From: Raja brachyura | Lineage: Eukaryota | Length of the DNA: 64,000 bases | Assembly (NCBI GenBank): GCA_963514005.1 | Contig: OY740811.1 | Coordinates: 14,384,001 to 14,448,000 of the forward strand | Reading direction: 5' to 3' | Part shown: positions 1 through 13,234 of the stretch, one piece after another | How positions within the stretch are numbered: position 1 is the stretch's first letter | Layout of the letters: every line of letters starts with the position of its first letter | The notes under the pieces: generated by a model | Databases searched by the model: none | What the model was told of the DNA's origin: nothing | What the model saw: the letters and a program-made list of their open reading frames with translations, nothing else | Position numbers and translations under genes: made by a program

Positions 1-44
1 GCAGCATCTTGTGCGTCTAAAACAACATCTTTGATCACTGATGA

Positions 45-356
45 TAGACACAAAAAGCTGGAGTAACTCGGGCAGCATCTCTGAAGAGAAGGAGTGGGTG
101 ACGTTTCGGTTCGAGAACTTTCTTCAGACTGGTGAGGGATAAGGAAACCGAGAGATACAGATGATGATGTAGAGAGATAAATAACAATGCATAAAAGATA
201 TACAAAGAGGTGACAATGATAAATGGAACAGGACATTGTTAGCTGTGGGGTGAAAACGAGAAACTAGTGCAACTTGGGTGGGGAGGGGATAGAGAGGGAG
301 GGGTTACCTGAAGTGAGAGAAATCAATATTCATACCACTGGGCTGTAAGCTGCCCA
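45..356 (-). mobile_element. Penelope-like element 3' fragment
   Basis: Reverse strand reads LGSLQPSGMNIDF (endonuclease C-terminal motif), followed by the 3' tail shared with 54885-55350. Confidence 0.7.
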
Positions 357-479
357 AGAACTTAGCACAAGCATTATCTTCAGTTTAAATTAGCTTCTGC
401 AGTCCCTCCCACACATTTCTTTAATGAAGATTGGAGTATTTACTCGCAAGCTTTGGGAAATGGTGCATTGATCTGAATA

Positions 480-870
480 GACAATAGATAATAGGTGCAG
501 GAGTAGGCCATTCGGCCCTTCGAGGCAGCACTGCCACCGTGATCATGGCTGATTGTCCACAATCAGTTTTCCTTTCCTACCTTCTCCCCATATCCCTTGA
601 CTCCGCGATCTTTATGCGCTCTATCTACCTATCTATCTTGAAAGCATCCAGAGAATTGGCCTCCACTGCCTTCTGAGGCAGAGAATTCCACAGATTCAAA
701 ACTCTCTGGGTGAAAAAGTTCTTCCTCATCTCCGTTCTAAATTGCCTACCCATTATTCTTAAACTATGGCCCCTGGTTCTGGACTTCCCCAACATCGGGA
801 ACGTGTTTCCTGCCTCCAGCATGTCCAATCCCTCAGTAATCTTATGTTTCAATAATTTTATATGTTTCAA
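480..870 (-). mobile_element. CR1-clade LINE 3' fragment
   Basis: ORF 625-870 reads RTRGHSLRI..FRTEMRKNFFTQRVLNLWNSLPQKAVEA, the CR1 ORF2 C-terminus, plus 3' tail. Confidence 0.9.
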
Positions 871-2430
871 TCTGCCGCAGAATTACGTTCTATTCCACAA
901 AACATGTGTTCAAAAAGTTTCTTCAGAGTCATACAAGGTCTCCGAGGATTGCTTGAATGTTTGGAGCATTTTTAATTATTTCTTCATTTTAATGCCAAGA
1001 AAATGCTTCTTACCGTCCATCTTAAATTTCCTCTACACTGAGATCTTGGAAAGCAATTTAGAGGCCAGTTATAGATTTGTAGAGATTCTTACAATCCTAC
1101 AGCACGGAAACAGGCCCTTCGGCCCAATGCGTCCATGTCCACCAAGATGCCCCATCTAAGCTAGTCCCATTTTCCTGTGTTTGGCCCATATCTCTGTAAA
1201 CTTCTATCCATCTACCTGCCCAAGTGCCCTTTAAATGCTCGTATAGTACCTGCCTCGAATATCTCCTTTGGCAGCTCGTTCCACCCTCTGAGTGAAAACA
1301 TTGAAAGTGAATGGATTTTATGGCAATCCTGTAGTTTCACAGCCAAAGGTAGATACAAAGTGCTGGAGTAATTCAGCAGGTCAGGCAGCATCAGTGGAGA
1401 AAAAGGATGGGTGATGTTTCGGGTCGGGACCCTTCTTCAGACTGAACTAGTATCCAAGAAGGGTTCCGCCCCGAAAAGTCACCCATCTTTTTTCTCCAGA
1501 GATGCTGCCTGACCATCTGAGTTACTCCAGCACTTTGTACGTGTCTTTGGTATAAACCAGCTTCTGCAGTTCCTTGTTTCTACAGTTTCACATTCATCAC
1601 TGTTGAGATTAGTTGCTTGGTCCAGGATTATTTAATTGCCAGGTGCCATGGCGAGATTCGAACTCACATCTCCAGACATGGGCCTGTGAATGGAGATACA
1701 GCTGTTGTGCTAGAATCCACATACACGGTGTGTGTTGGTGTGGTGAAACGGTGTACCTGCACTTCCAAACAGTTACAAATGTAGATTTCCAAAATTTTGA
1801 AATCTTTGCTATTGCAAAAAGCTTTGGCCTGACCTACTTTTCTTTGTGATGCTGGTTTACATCGAAGATAGACACAAAATGTCCGAGTTACTCCAGCACT
1901 TTGTGTCTTCTTTTGTAAGCCAGCATCTGCAGATCCTTGATTCTGTAAATCGCTTGGAGACTGGAGAACTGCAATCACATGCAGATTTCACTGTCTCTAC
2001 CTAACAGGCCCACGTAAGCATTCATTGCACAAATTTGCAATGAGAACAATTTTTACTCTAGTTTAGAAATATAGCAAGGAACAGGCTGCATCTCTGGAGA
2101 GAAGGAATGGGTGATGTTTCGGGTTGAGAAGTCTGAGTCTGAAGAAGGGTCTCGACCTGAAATGCCACCCATCCATTCTCTCCAGAGATGCTGCCAGACT
2201 CATTGAGTTACTCCAGGATTTTGTGCCCACCTCTCTTTTATACCTTTCAGCCCCTGACTACAATCAGTCACAAGGGTCCCGACAGGAAACGTAATCAGTC
2301 CATTCCCTCCACAGATGCTGCCTGGCCCGTTGAGTTACTCCAGCACTTTGTGTTTTGCTCTAGATTGTGTTGATCGGTTGCCTGATAACATCGCTGTTGG
2401 TTTTACTGAAGATGCCGTTTGTATTTCCAG

Positions 2431-2660
2431 TGTTACAGAAAGAACGGGAGCCACGAAGGGACTGCGGGGATGTATCCGACTGCTGGACGTGAATGATCTG
2501 GTCTACGACCTCCAGGAGAAGGGCAATGATGTCTTGTACGGCAGTGGGGTGGGAGAGTGTGGAAATAACCCCTGTCATCCTAATCCCTGCAAGAACAACG
2601 GCAGGTGTCACGTGAAGGAGGCAGAGATGTTCCACTGCCAATGTGTCAGCGAGTTTTCAG
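2431..2660 (+). CDS. AGRN: Agrin exon: end of LG1 plus EGF domain
   Basis: ttccag| acceptor and TCAG|gtaacc donor, phase 2 to 1. Encodes VTERTGATKGLRGCIRLLDVN...GSGVGECGNNPCHPNPCKNNGRCHVKEAEMFHCQC, matching agrin LG1 end and EGF. Confidence 0.95.
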
Positions 2661-2684
2661 GTAACCACCTAGGCAATTTAGTTT

Positions 2685-2985
2685 AGTTTAATTTAGAGTT
2701 ACAGCGCGGAAACAGGCCCTTTGGCCCAACAAATCCGCCCCGACCAGAAATCCCCGCACATTAACACTGTCCTACACACACTAGGGACAATTTAAATTTA
2801 TTCCAAGCGAATGAACCGACAAACCTGTACGTCTTTGGAGTGTGGGAAGAATCAGAATATCTTGGAGAAAACCCATGCAGTCACGAGGAGAACGTACAAG
2901 CTCTATACAGAGGGCACCAGCAGTCGGGAACGAACACGGGTCTCCGGCACTGTAAGCGCTGTAAGCCAGCAACTCTACCGCGCTC
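2685..2985 (-). mobile_element. tRNA-derived SINE
   Basis: Reverse complement of the family seen at 3632-3990, with (CTAAA)n-type tail. Confidence 0.8.
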
Positions 2986-3236
2986 GCCTCTATTAGTGCC
3001 CATTCTAAGGTTAATTGTGCAAATTAATCAGGACAGGTTTGGTGTCACTGGATAAAGGTTTCCTGCTGTAAGTGTAAGGAATTTCAGAGCCTGTGGTTAG
3101 TCTTTTAAATAAAAATAACCCCTTAAAGCTGTGAGTTTTCCACCAGAGCATCCAACCGCATGGAAACAGAACCTCTGTCCCACTTGTCTACGCCAACCAG
3201 GGTGTCCCATCCAATCTAGTCCTATTTGTCAGCACC

Positions 3237-3451
3237 CAGGGGTTCCCTACCTTTTTCGTCCCGTTTACCACTGGCAACTTTAATAACACATAACAATGTT
3301 ATTTCCCTTATTTATGAACAACTAATGATGAACAGGTACCGGTATACCAGAACCAAACACAGTCAGTTCATGAGAACAAATATGTACAAATCTAGAATCA
3401 ACAGATGTACCCCCTGGGTAGGTGAAATTTACCCCAGGTTGGGAACGCTTG
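3237..3451. mobile_element. hAT/Charlie-like MITE
   Basis: Imperfect 15-bp TIRs CAGGGGTTCCCTACC ... GGTTGGGAACGCTTG. No matching TSD visible. Confidence 0.65.
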
Positions 3452-3631
3452 CTCTAAACCTCTCCTTTCCATCTATTCCCCTCATGTTTTTCCACACTTC
3501 CAAATTCCGCCCCTCCGCCTCCTAATCTGCAAGGAATAAAGTACTATCCTTCCCAACCTCCCTCTAGGTCAGGCGCTTGAACCCCGGCAACATTCCGGAG
3601 TTCTCTACACACTTTCCTGCTTTAAAATGGC

Positions 3632-3990
3632 AGCACGGTGGCGCAGCGGTAGTGCTACTGCCTGACAGCGCCAGAGACCCGGGTTCAATCCTGATTACGC
3701 GTGCTATCTTTACGGAGTTTGTACGTTCTCCCTGTGGGTTTTCTCCGGGATATGAATGGGTTTTCTCCGGGATCTTCTCTGCGTGGGTTTTCTCCGAGAT
3801 CTTCGGTTTCTTCCCAAATTCCAAAGACGCACAAGTTTGCAGGTTAATTGGCTTGGTATGAATGTATAAATGTAAAACTGTCCGTAGTGTGTGTGTAGGT
3901 TGGTGTCAATGTGCGGGGATCGCTGGTCGGTGCGGATTAGGTGGGCCAAAGGGCCTGCATCTGCACTGTATCTCAAAGCTAAAAATAAAA
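3632..3990 (+). mobile_element. tRNA-derived SINE
   Basis: A box TGGCGCAGCGG, B box GGTTCAATCC, core TTTGTACGTTCTCCCTGTG...GGTTTCTTCCC and a LINE-like tail. Internal tandem duplications at 3737-3800. Confidence 0.9.
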
Positions 3991-4471
3991 AATAAAGCTT
4001 AATGGCATCTTTCGTATAGCTGAGTGACCAAAACTGAATGCAATACTCCAAGCCTCACTAACGTGTAGAATAAAGAATAGTCCCAGGCTCCCACTTCAGT
4101 GACGTCCACCATCAGTATCTCACGACAACTGCTGAAATGGGCCTCCCAAGTTCTGATCAGTTTTGTCTGGCCAACTTGATATCAATTATGTATCCATGAG
4201 GAGCCGGTCTTGAGGCACAATGCAGGCTCACTTTGCAACAGAGGCAGGGAACCAGTGAAGCGGGAGGGGAGGGGAGGGAAGGTACAATGAAAAATCTTGC
4301 TTTAAGATATGGAATAACTCTACCCGTAATACTGAATTCAGCAGAAAACCTCATTAATCAATGAGCGGGGAGATTGTGAAGCTCACTCCCATATTGTGTT
4401 GAGGCATTTGAGGGTCTGCTGGAGAAGGAAACTGAGGGTCACGATGATGATAGATTTAGATGAGTAAAGAT

Positions 4472-5514
4472 TAGGTTTGTTACAAAACTTACCTTGAGCG
4501 GTGCTGCAGTTCTGCCACTCCCCGTGTGCGCGACTTTGGCGCCTTTCAGAGGGGGGTGGGTTTAAAATGCCGTTTTTCTCCAGACAATTCAAATCGATCC
4601 ATCTCAGGGGATTTTGTTGCTGAAGAGAAATCGCTCCGACATTTGTTTTATGAAGGTATTTTTAAACTACGCTAGATCATTTATTAGCTACAGTAATTTA
4701 AAAATAATCTTCTAAAGCCGTGAGCACCTACAACAGGAAGGATTTTACGTAGGGGATAAAAAAAGGTACACAGTTTATTTTTACATAAAAACGTGTTTCT
4801 TAGGAAGTCTTTAATGAAATTTTCATGTTGCGAAAAGGGGACAAAAAAAAATACGAACAGCAGTGTTTTTCCTGCCAACTGTGGGTTAAATTCACTGCAA
4901 ACCGCAACGTTCCAATCCACCGCGTTCCACTAAAACCCACTCGCAAGTTGATTTAAATGGCCATTAATTGTCGGGAATTAAACACTACATTCCTTCCATT
5001 TGGCCTATAAATTCATGAAAATTAGATTTTAAAATTATGTTATATTGTGAATTATTGTGTGAATGTTATTTGGAGACTTAGGCAATTAAAAAATGTTTAT
5101 CTTTTCTTAAGAAATGGATAGATGTTTAGATCTAGTAATTGAATTTTGTAATTAGCTACAATTAGGTAACTAACTAATTGCATGCTTTAATTTCAGGTCA
5201 TCCAAGTAAGATTGTTTCATATTTGTTTCAGAATGCTTCAATCTATAATAACTGAAATTTTAATTGAGTTCTCTTAATTTTTAAGAAAGTTATGGGCTTT
5301 TGAATGTCCTAGATCACAGCTTTTGAGTTAAGTCAATGAAAAGGCAATGAGGAAACAAGATGCTAATTTCTGAGTATGAAAATGGCCGTAACTTTTTTAA
5401 TACTGAAGATATGAAAGTGAATTAGGTGTCAAATTACACTTCTTTTTATGCTTTATCTGATGGGATAAATTGCAGACTTGATTTTTTAAATCTCAAAATT
5501 TTGTAACATTGCTA
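4472..5514. mobile_element. Non-autonomous DNA transposon, ~1.04 kb
   Basis: Imperfect TIRs TAGGTTTGTTACAAAACTT ... AAATTTTGTAACATTGCTA, flanked by direct repeat TAAAGAT at 4465-4471 and 5515-5521. Confidence 0.7.
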
Positions 5515-5710
5515 TAAAGATGAGAGAAGGCACTATTGGAGGATAAACGCCAGCAATAACTAGTTGGGTCGAATGGCGTATTTTTAGCACTGTGTGTAAT
5601 TTGTAATGCATTAACCTCTTTGTGTTTACTAGTCTGCGTACTGTATAGATTTCATTTACAGGACGATATGGGAAGGTGGTTAACTGTGTTCAACATTTGC
5701 AACTTTCCAG

Positions 5711-5845
5711 GCCCAACCTGCGCTGATGAGCATAACCCATGTGACCCTAATCCGTGCCACAAATCGGCCACTTGCCTGGTGTTGCCCGAAGGCGGGGCAA
5801 AGTGCGAATGCCCGATGGGACGTGAAGGGGAGTTCTGTGAAAGAG
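5711..5845 (+). CDS. AGRN: Agrin exon: EGF domain
   Basis: ttccag|GCCCAACC...AGAG|gtagg, 135 nt, phase 1-1. Encodes [45 protein letters not shown]. Confidence 0.96.
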
Positions 5846-7109
5846 GTAGGACACAGCCCTAACTCTACAAACCAAGCAAATGAAAGACCACCGACTGCAG
5901 CCCCCGATAATGATCCTCAGCTGAGATCAATCAGAAGTTATGTGCAGGAATGCACTGCAGAAGCTGGCTTGCACCAAAGATAGACACACAATGCCGGAGA
6001 GACTCGGTGGGTCAGGTTGCATCTCTGGAGAAAAGAATTAGGTGACGTTTCAGGTTGGAATCCTTCTCCCTTTGAAGCCTCACCTAATCCTTATCTCCAG
6101 ATATGCTGCCTGACCAGCTGAGTTAGTCCAGCATTTTGTGTCTGTCTTTAATCAGAACTTAACCGGTTCATCTGGGTTTGATCATTTGATTAGAAATTGC
6201 TGTGCAATGAAATTTCTCTGTTTCCCTTCCCCCATTCCCTTCCATCTATATTCCTTCCGCTGGCCGTAAAATGTGCCCATCTTCCATCCTTATATCCTTA
6301 TGTCACACCTTTTTTTCATGCCGTTGTCCATCCACCTATCTTTCAAATCACTCCCTCGCCTGTATCCACCTATCACTTCCTAGGCTTTGTCCCGCTCCCA
6401 ACTACCTCCCACCTTTCTCCCCATTTCCCCCCAACAGCATTCTGTCCAAAGAAGGGTCCCAACCCGAAACGTCACCAATCCATGTTCTCCTGAGATGCTG
6501 CCTCACCCGTTGAGTTACTCCAGCACTCTGTGAGCTCTTTAATAATTTATTTGTCAATTTTAAAAGGACGTATGACAATTCTGGTGATTTTGATTTCTTT
6601 TTGGTGTTTGTAAAATTGTGAAAATGTAAATAACTGGACCTAAAGCGACCAATATAACTGAGTTTGAAGAAGGGTCCCAACCCGAAATATTGTGTCGTCC
6701 ATTTCCTCCACAGATGCTGCCTGACCCACTGAGTCTCCCCGGCACTTTGTGTTTTACTCAAGGTTTTGCAGCTGCAGTTCCTGGTGTCTCCAACATAACT
6801 TATCATTGGAGAAGCTCTATTCAACTTAAGGTGGTCCTTGGGGCCTGCAGGTTACAGAGGAAAAAGAAGACCTGAGATCCCCTCACCACTCAGTTTAACG
6901 GAGAAATAGTTTTACGGAGAATGGGTGACCAAATATGTCAAGATTAGGGGAGTGCAAAGAGTAGATGCAAGATGCAGGAGTAACTCAGGGGGTCAGGCAG
7001 CATCTCTGGAGAAAAGGAATAGGTGACGTTTTTGTTCAGAGCCCTTCTTCAGACCGCTTTTTTCAGAAGTGCAAAGGGTGCCAATATTCACTGAGGTGAT
7101 GTGTGTTAA

Positions 7110-7798
7110 GGGCCTGCCCCTTTTAGGCGACTTTTTTTGCGAGTGCACCAGCCACGTGTTTGCTGGCGGTCTCTGGTGAGCCTCCTTCATGGTCGCGAGG
7201 AGTTCCCGCATTCTGGGAACTATTCGCGGCCTCAGTATGGTCGCAGCAAATTTTTCAACATTTTCTGCGACCTCGAATTGGTCGCCATGGAGAAAATCGA
7301 TACTTTTGTAGTTGTAGGTGCAGTTGTAGTGGGGTCGCCATGTAGTTGGAGGTACTCAAGGTAGTCGTAGGTAGTTTTAGTTAATCTCCTTTGCTGAGCG
7401 AGCATTTTCATTGGCTCATTGGGGGAAAAAACAATGAGCCAATGAAAACCGATCGATAATGTTAAATGCCGGCCAAACTTCACAGCTGTGCATCTCTGGC
7501 TTATTAAAAGTTGTCTGGCTTCTTAAACGTGTCTCCACTCCTCACCCTATCCCCCCCTTCTCCCCTCCCAGCTCTTTTAAAGGACTTACCTTACACTGTG
7601 CTAGCCGTCTTAACCTTCCTGTTCATCGCGGTGCGTGCCTGTTTCACCTTGGCTTTGCACCGTGTGAATTTCAGACAGCGTTCCCCTGCTTTCCCTGGCC
7701 CCCTCCTTTGCGTTGGGGGTGGGGGGGGGGGGGCGGTTTCAGCGAGTGCCGCAACCTTGACGCTGTCTGTTGAAACATAGCCTAAGTGGGACAGGCCC
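7110..7798. mobile_element. PIF/Harbinger-like MITE
   Basis: TIRs GGGCCTGCCCCTTTTAGGC ... GCCTAAGTGGGACAGGCCC, TAA on the left flank. Confidence 0.7.
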
Positions 7799-8814
7799 TT
7801 TGGAGTCTGTCTCTAAATTGTTGAGTGGTATAGCAGAACCTAATTGCTAACAATCAAGAGACCTAAGATTGAAATGTCTCATATCTCCATGGCCACATAA
7901 TGGGGACCTCTTTCCTTTGGACCATGCAGCTGAAACTTCCCTGAATCAAAATCACCTCAGTTTAGATACACTCAGAGAATGACTGCAACTTAGTTTGTGT
8001 CTGGTTGGCTCAGGAGACAGTGGGCAAAAGCACTTGAAAAATAAATTAGGTATGAAACAAGGATTTTGGAGATTAAATGTTCTTAGGGTCAGATTAGATC
8101 AGTTTATTGTCATATATACCAGGCCCCCTGTTGGATATGACAATAAAGATTGCTTGTTTATCCATTTTTTGAAATTGTACTTCTACATTAGTTCTTATAT
8201 TGTCAAGAAAGGGTTGGTTACATGAGAAAGAGCTAAAAGGGAAGACATGAACTGCTTCCCATGCACACAGCTCCAGAGACCCAGGTTCGAGCCTGACCTC
8301 AGGTGCTATCTATGAGGAGTTTGCACGTTCTACCTGTGACCGAATGGGTCCCCCGTGCTCCAGTTTCCTTCCACAATATACATGCAGGTCGGTAGGTTAA
8401 TTGACTGCTGTAAATTGTCCGTAGTGTGAGTAGTAGAATCCAGGAAGGGAGTTGATGAGAATAAAATGAGAATAGGAAATGGGAATAATCTGGATTAGTG
8501 TAAGGGGTGGTCAATTGTCGGCACGGACTCGGTGGGCTGAAGGACCTCTCTTCGTGCTGTATATCTCACTGCTCTAACTCTGGAAGTTGAGAAATATCAG
8601 GGAGCTACTGCTAAACGTTCTGTGTTTCCTGGTGTAGATGCATGAACCAATTTTGCTGTTCAATACTTCACCAATAAGTGGTGCTCCAAGTTCATGCCGT
8701 GAGGTTTCATTCAGTGCTCATAGTTACTGCTGTTGCTCCATATAAACCTGATGGTGTGACCATAAGACATAGGAGCAGAATTAGGCCATTCGGCCTATCG
8801 AGTCTACTCAACAA

Positions 8815-9522
8815 CGAGACCCGAGTGTGCTCGTACATGAGTCACTGAAAGTAAGCATGCACGTACAGCAGGCAGTGAAGAAAGCTAATGGCGTGTTGGC
8901 CTTCATTGCGAGAGGATTTGAGTTTAGGAGCAAGGAGGTCCTACCAGAGACCACACCTGGAGTACTGTGTGCAATTTTGGTCATCTAATTTGAGGAAGGA
9001 CGTTATTGCTATTGAGAGAGTGCAGTGTAGGTTCACCAGGTTAATTCCCAGGATGGCGGGACTGACATATGATGAAAGAATGAAATATGATGAAAGAATG
9101 GGTCGACTGCACTTGTGTTCACTGGAATTTAGAAGGATGAGAGGGAATCTTATAGAAACATATAACATTCTTAAAAGTTTGGACAGGTTAGATGCAGCAA
9201 AAATGTTCCCGATATTGGGGGAGTCCAGGACCAGGGGTCACAGTTTAAGAATAAAGGGTAGGCCATTTAGGACTGAAATGGGGAAAAACATTTTCTCCCA
9301 GAGAGTTGTGAATCTGTGGAATTCTCTGCCACAGAAGGCAGTGGAGGCTAATTCACTGGATGTTTTCAACAGAGAGTTAGATTTAGCTCTTAGGGCTCAA
9401 GGGATATGGGGAAAAAAGCAGGAACGGGGTACTGATTTTAGATGATGAGCCATTATCATATTGAATGGCAGTGCTGGCTCAATGGGCCGAATGGCCTACT
9501 CCTTCACCTATTTTTCTATGTT
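8815..9522 (+). mobile_element. CR1-clade LINE 3' fragment
   Basis: ORF 8888-9445 reads RPHLEYCVQFWS...RTRGHSLRIKGRPFRTE...QRVVNLWNSLPQ. Confidence 0.92.
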
Positions 9523-12250
9523 TCTGATCTATTTTTCCCTCTCAACCCCATTGTCCTGCCTTCCCCCGCAACCTTTAACAATCATTACTAATGAAGAACC
9601 TATTAATCTCCAGTTTAAAACTAGCCAATGTTTTGGCCTCCACCGCAGTTTGGCAGTGGATTCCACAGATTCGCCACCCTCGGGTTGAATGGTAGAGGGT
9701 TTCTGTGGCTGATATTAAGGTGGAGGTGGGCGTTGCTGGCCTTGGGTGGGTGAGTGGCGATAATCGGAGTTGTGCAGCAGATTTCTTGATCTGTATCCAA
9801 CTCTACACTGAAGTATGTATAGAAAGGAACTTCAGATGCTGGTTTATACCGAAGATAGACACAAAGCGCTGGAGTAACTCTGCGGACCAGGCAGCATCTC
9901 TGGAGAAAAAGGAGGGGTAGTGTTTCGGGTCAGGACACTTCTTCTGACTGAAAGTAGAGAGGAGCGAATTGGAGGTAAGTAAAGGGCAGTAGAAGGCAGG
10001 GCTGGCAACAGATGACCAAGGAAGGGTGGAGCCCACAATGGCCCATTGTTGGACGAGGAAGAGATGATAACAAAGTACTGACATATGTCGCTGCAGGTCG
10101 GGAGCCAGAAGCCTCGGGCTTCTGTGTCCACGTTGAATTATGCCCCGGTTTACAAGGCTTTTCTCGATGAGGGACATGCGCTTAAACTCTGCAGTTCCTA
10201 TGGAGAACAGGAGAAACTCGCAACTGTTAACAAAAAAGCAACCACAACACACAAAGTAGTTTGAAACCATTTGTTCTCCGTCCGCTCCATGCTTCTTTAA
10301 AATTATTTAAAATGATTATTCTGGGAATCTACTCTAAATTGCATTTGGCAAACTGTATCAGGGCTGCTCAACATATTCGACAGTCTCCCCAGAGAACGCT
10401 AAGTGCTACGGCACTGACAAGGTTTAAAGGAATGTGTGTTGGATTCTGGCCCTCAGCAGAGAAAGAGCTAAGTGAATAAATGCCGTGATTTTATTTCAGT
10501 CGCCGCATTTTCATTGAGCAAATTTACGGTTCAGAATGTGTGGGAAGGAACTGTAGATGCCGGTTTACACCAAGGATAGACACAAAATGCTGGAGTAACT
10601 CAGCGGGACAGGCAGCGTCTCTGGATTGAAGGATGGGTGATGTTTTGGGTTGGGAGGAAAGGGCCAAGAGACCAAAGGCAGAACAATCAGAATGGACTGA
10701 GATTTATAAAGACTAGGTTGACTCCAGGATTTGTATGTGTGGGGGGCGGGGGGGGGGGAGAGGAAAGTTCGAGTAAGTGCATCTAAATTCCTTGTTACTC
10801 AGATGGCCCCCTGGTGCAGAGGTAGAGTTGCTGCCTCACAGCGCCAAAAGACAGGGTTCAATCCCGACTACGGATGCTGTTTGTGAGGTCTCTACTTTCT
10901 CCCTGTGACCACTTGGGTTTTCTTTAGGTGTTCTGGTTCCCTCCCACATCCCAAAGACATGCAGATTTGTAGGTTAATTGGCCTCTGTAAATTGTCCCTC
11001 GTGTCGAGGATAGAACTTGTTCGATGGTCGGCTTGGACTCGGTGGGCCTAAAGGTTCTGTTTCCATGCTGTATTTCTAAAATAAACCAAACCTAGAACAT
11101 AGCAAAGTACAGCACACGAACAGGCCCTTCGGCCCACAATGTCTGTGACGAACACGATGCCAAGGTTAACTAACCTCATCTGCCTGCATGTGATTCATAT
11201 CACTCCATTCCCTGCTTACCAATGTGCCTATCAAAAAATCTCTGAGATGCCACTATTGTATATGCATCCACCAACACCCCTGGCAGCATGTTCCATGCAC
11301 TCACCACCCTCCATTTAAAAAAAAACCTGTCCTGCACATCTCTTTTGAGAGATTAAAACAATTAACGGTGCAATGGTGCGTTTGTTGTCACGCACGCAAA
11401 GTGCTAACACAGTGAAATTATTTTTCAGTCCAGTAGAGTTTTGCCATTTCCCCGATCCCCGATAAGCAAGCGTCCAGGAATAATCTACTGAGCCACATGC
11501 ACGAGGTGCCATGTTTTGGCGCCATTTTCCAAGTCCACGCTCTAGTTCTTATGAGCTATGCCTGTTCCAGGCGAGTCCCAGGCTGTTGTGGGCCTCCAGC
11601 TCATCTCCTTCCTTGGACACCACAGCGCTCCCCTCCCGTCCGCCTTTGTTCTCCAGGGGAGCCTCCCGCAGCCGACCTCGTGAGCACTGTAGGCCAGACC
11701 CTGGTTTCCTCTCCTCTCCTATGGGCCTTGCTCCTTGCCCTCCATATCTGTCATCATTGGCTACCTCCTCCCGCCCTCTGGTCTCCAATCAATCTGATTA
11801 AACTATGATTCATATATCAGATTAACAACGAGGGATTAAAACCAATAATAGTTGTTGGGGTCTTTGGGGAAACAGGCCCTTTGGCCAGTCGAGTCTGTGC
11901 TCACCATCCTACACACTAAAGGCAATTTACATTTATATAAATTAATTAACCTACAAACTTGTATAATTTGGAGAGCGGGAGGAAACTGGAGCACAGAAAA
12001 CCCATGGATTCACAGGGACTGCGTAGAGAAAGCACCCGTAGTCAGGATTGAATCGGGTCTCTGGCACTGTAAGGCAGCAACTTTACTGCTACGTCACTTT
12101 GTCGACCAAGACTCGGCCTTGAAAGGGTAATTGCAATTTTCGCTGTCTGGGGAATCTACAACTGGAGTCCTTTGTCTCGGATCCAAGGCTCGTCCACTCT
12201 GGGTTAATATTTTGGCGTCATTGTATTTACAAATACCTCTTCTGTTTCAG

Positions 12251-12347
12251 AAGCTGAGCATGACCAGGGCAAGGCCTTCATCCCGGAGTTCAATGGACTT
12301 TCATACCTGGAAATGAATGGGATTCACACATTTGTCAGTGGCCTACT
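12251..12347 (+). CDS. AGRN: Agrin exon: start of LG2
   Basis: tttcag|AAGCTGAG...CTACT|gtgagt, 97 nt, phase 1 to 2. Encodes EAEHDQGKAFIPEFNGLSYLEMNGIHTFVSGLL. Not in the ORF track in this frame. Confidence 0.95.
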
Positions 12348-12574
12348 GTGAGTTTACTCTGCGTTAACTATCAAATCCGACCCACCAGCACTCTGTGCAC
12401 ACATGCACACCGCTAAACCTCTCCCCACCAACCTTCTCAATCACTTCTCTTCCAGAAACCAATTTCCAAATTGGATACTTCTCTAAATGTATTGTTTTGC
12501 TTTGGCAAACACTGAGTCTCATCAGATGACAAATAGTGGAATAGATAACTATTGCTGGTTCAGGTGTTTCGTTT

Positions 12575-12872
12575 ATTTTAGTTTAGTGGTACAGCGCTGA
12601 AACTGACCCTTTTGGCCCACTGGGTCCGTGTCGACCAGCGACCCCCGCATATTAACCTCTCCTACACACACTAGGGACAATTTTTACATTTACCAAGCCA
12701 AATAACCTACATACCTGTACGTCTTTGGAGTGTGGGAGGAAACCAAAGATCTGGGAGAAAACCCACGCAGGTCACAGGGAGAACGTACAGACAGCACCCG
12801 TAGTCGGGATTAAATACGGGTCTCCGGCGCTGTAAGGCAGCAACTCTACCGCTGCGCCACCGTGCCGCCCAT
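12575..12872 (-). mobile_element. tRNA-derived SINE
   Basis: Near-complete reverse copy with A/B boxes and tail. Confidence 0.88.
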
Positions 12873-13234
12873 GTAGGGACAAGGAAAATGGTGAGAAAAA
12901 TGATAGAAATTGTAAAGGATCATTTACCCATTTGGAGCAGCTAGTGTGCGTAGATGTAATACAGTGATGACTACTGAACGGAAAAATAGCTTAAATGATA
13001 AAATTCTCAGCTCAGTGAAAAATCATCCAAACTTAAATGCTTCGGTTCTTGACAGTGGCTGCTCAGGTGGAAATAAAAAAACTAAAAGGCTTTCAACCTT
13101 AAAATACTTCATCTCAAACAGAAAAACTAAGGAGGTGAGGATATATTTGTACAGTCCATTAGTGAGGCAGCAAGCAGCTCTTTGGAGCTGAGTTACTAAA
13201 TGAGTGGCAGGTATCAGAATTGCTATGATTACTG

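Noticed and set aside
3632-3710. tRNA genes at A/B-box motifs
   Set aside because: All continue into the same SINE core and tail, with no complete cloverleaf or Pol III terminator.
8888-9445. 185-aa ORF as a host gene
   Set aside because: 5'-truncated CR1 ORF2 C-terminus with a frameshift and a small internal duplication.
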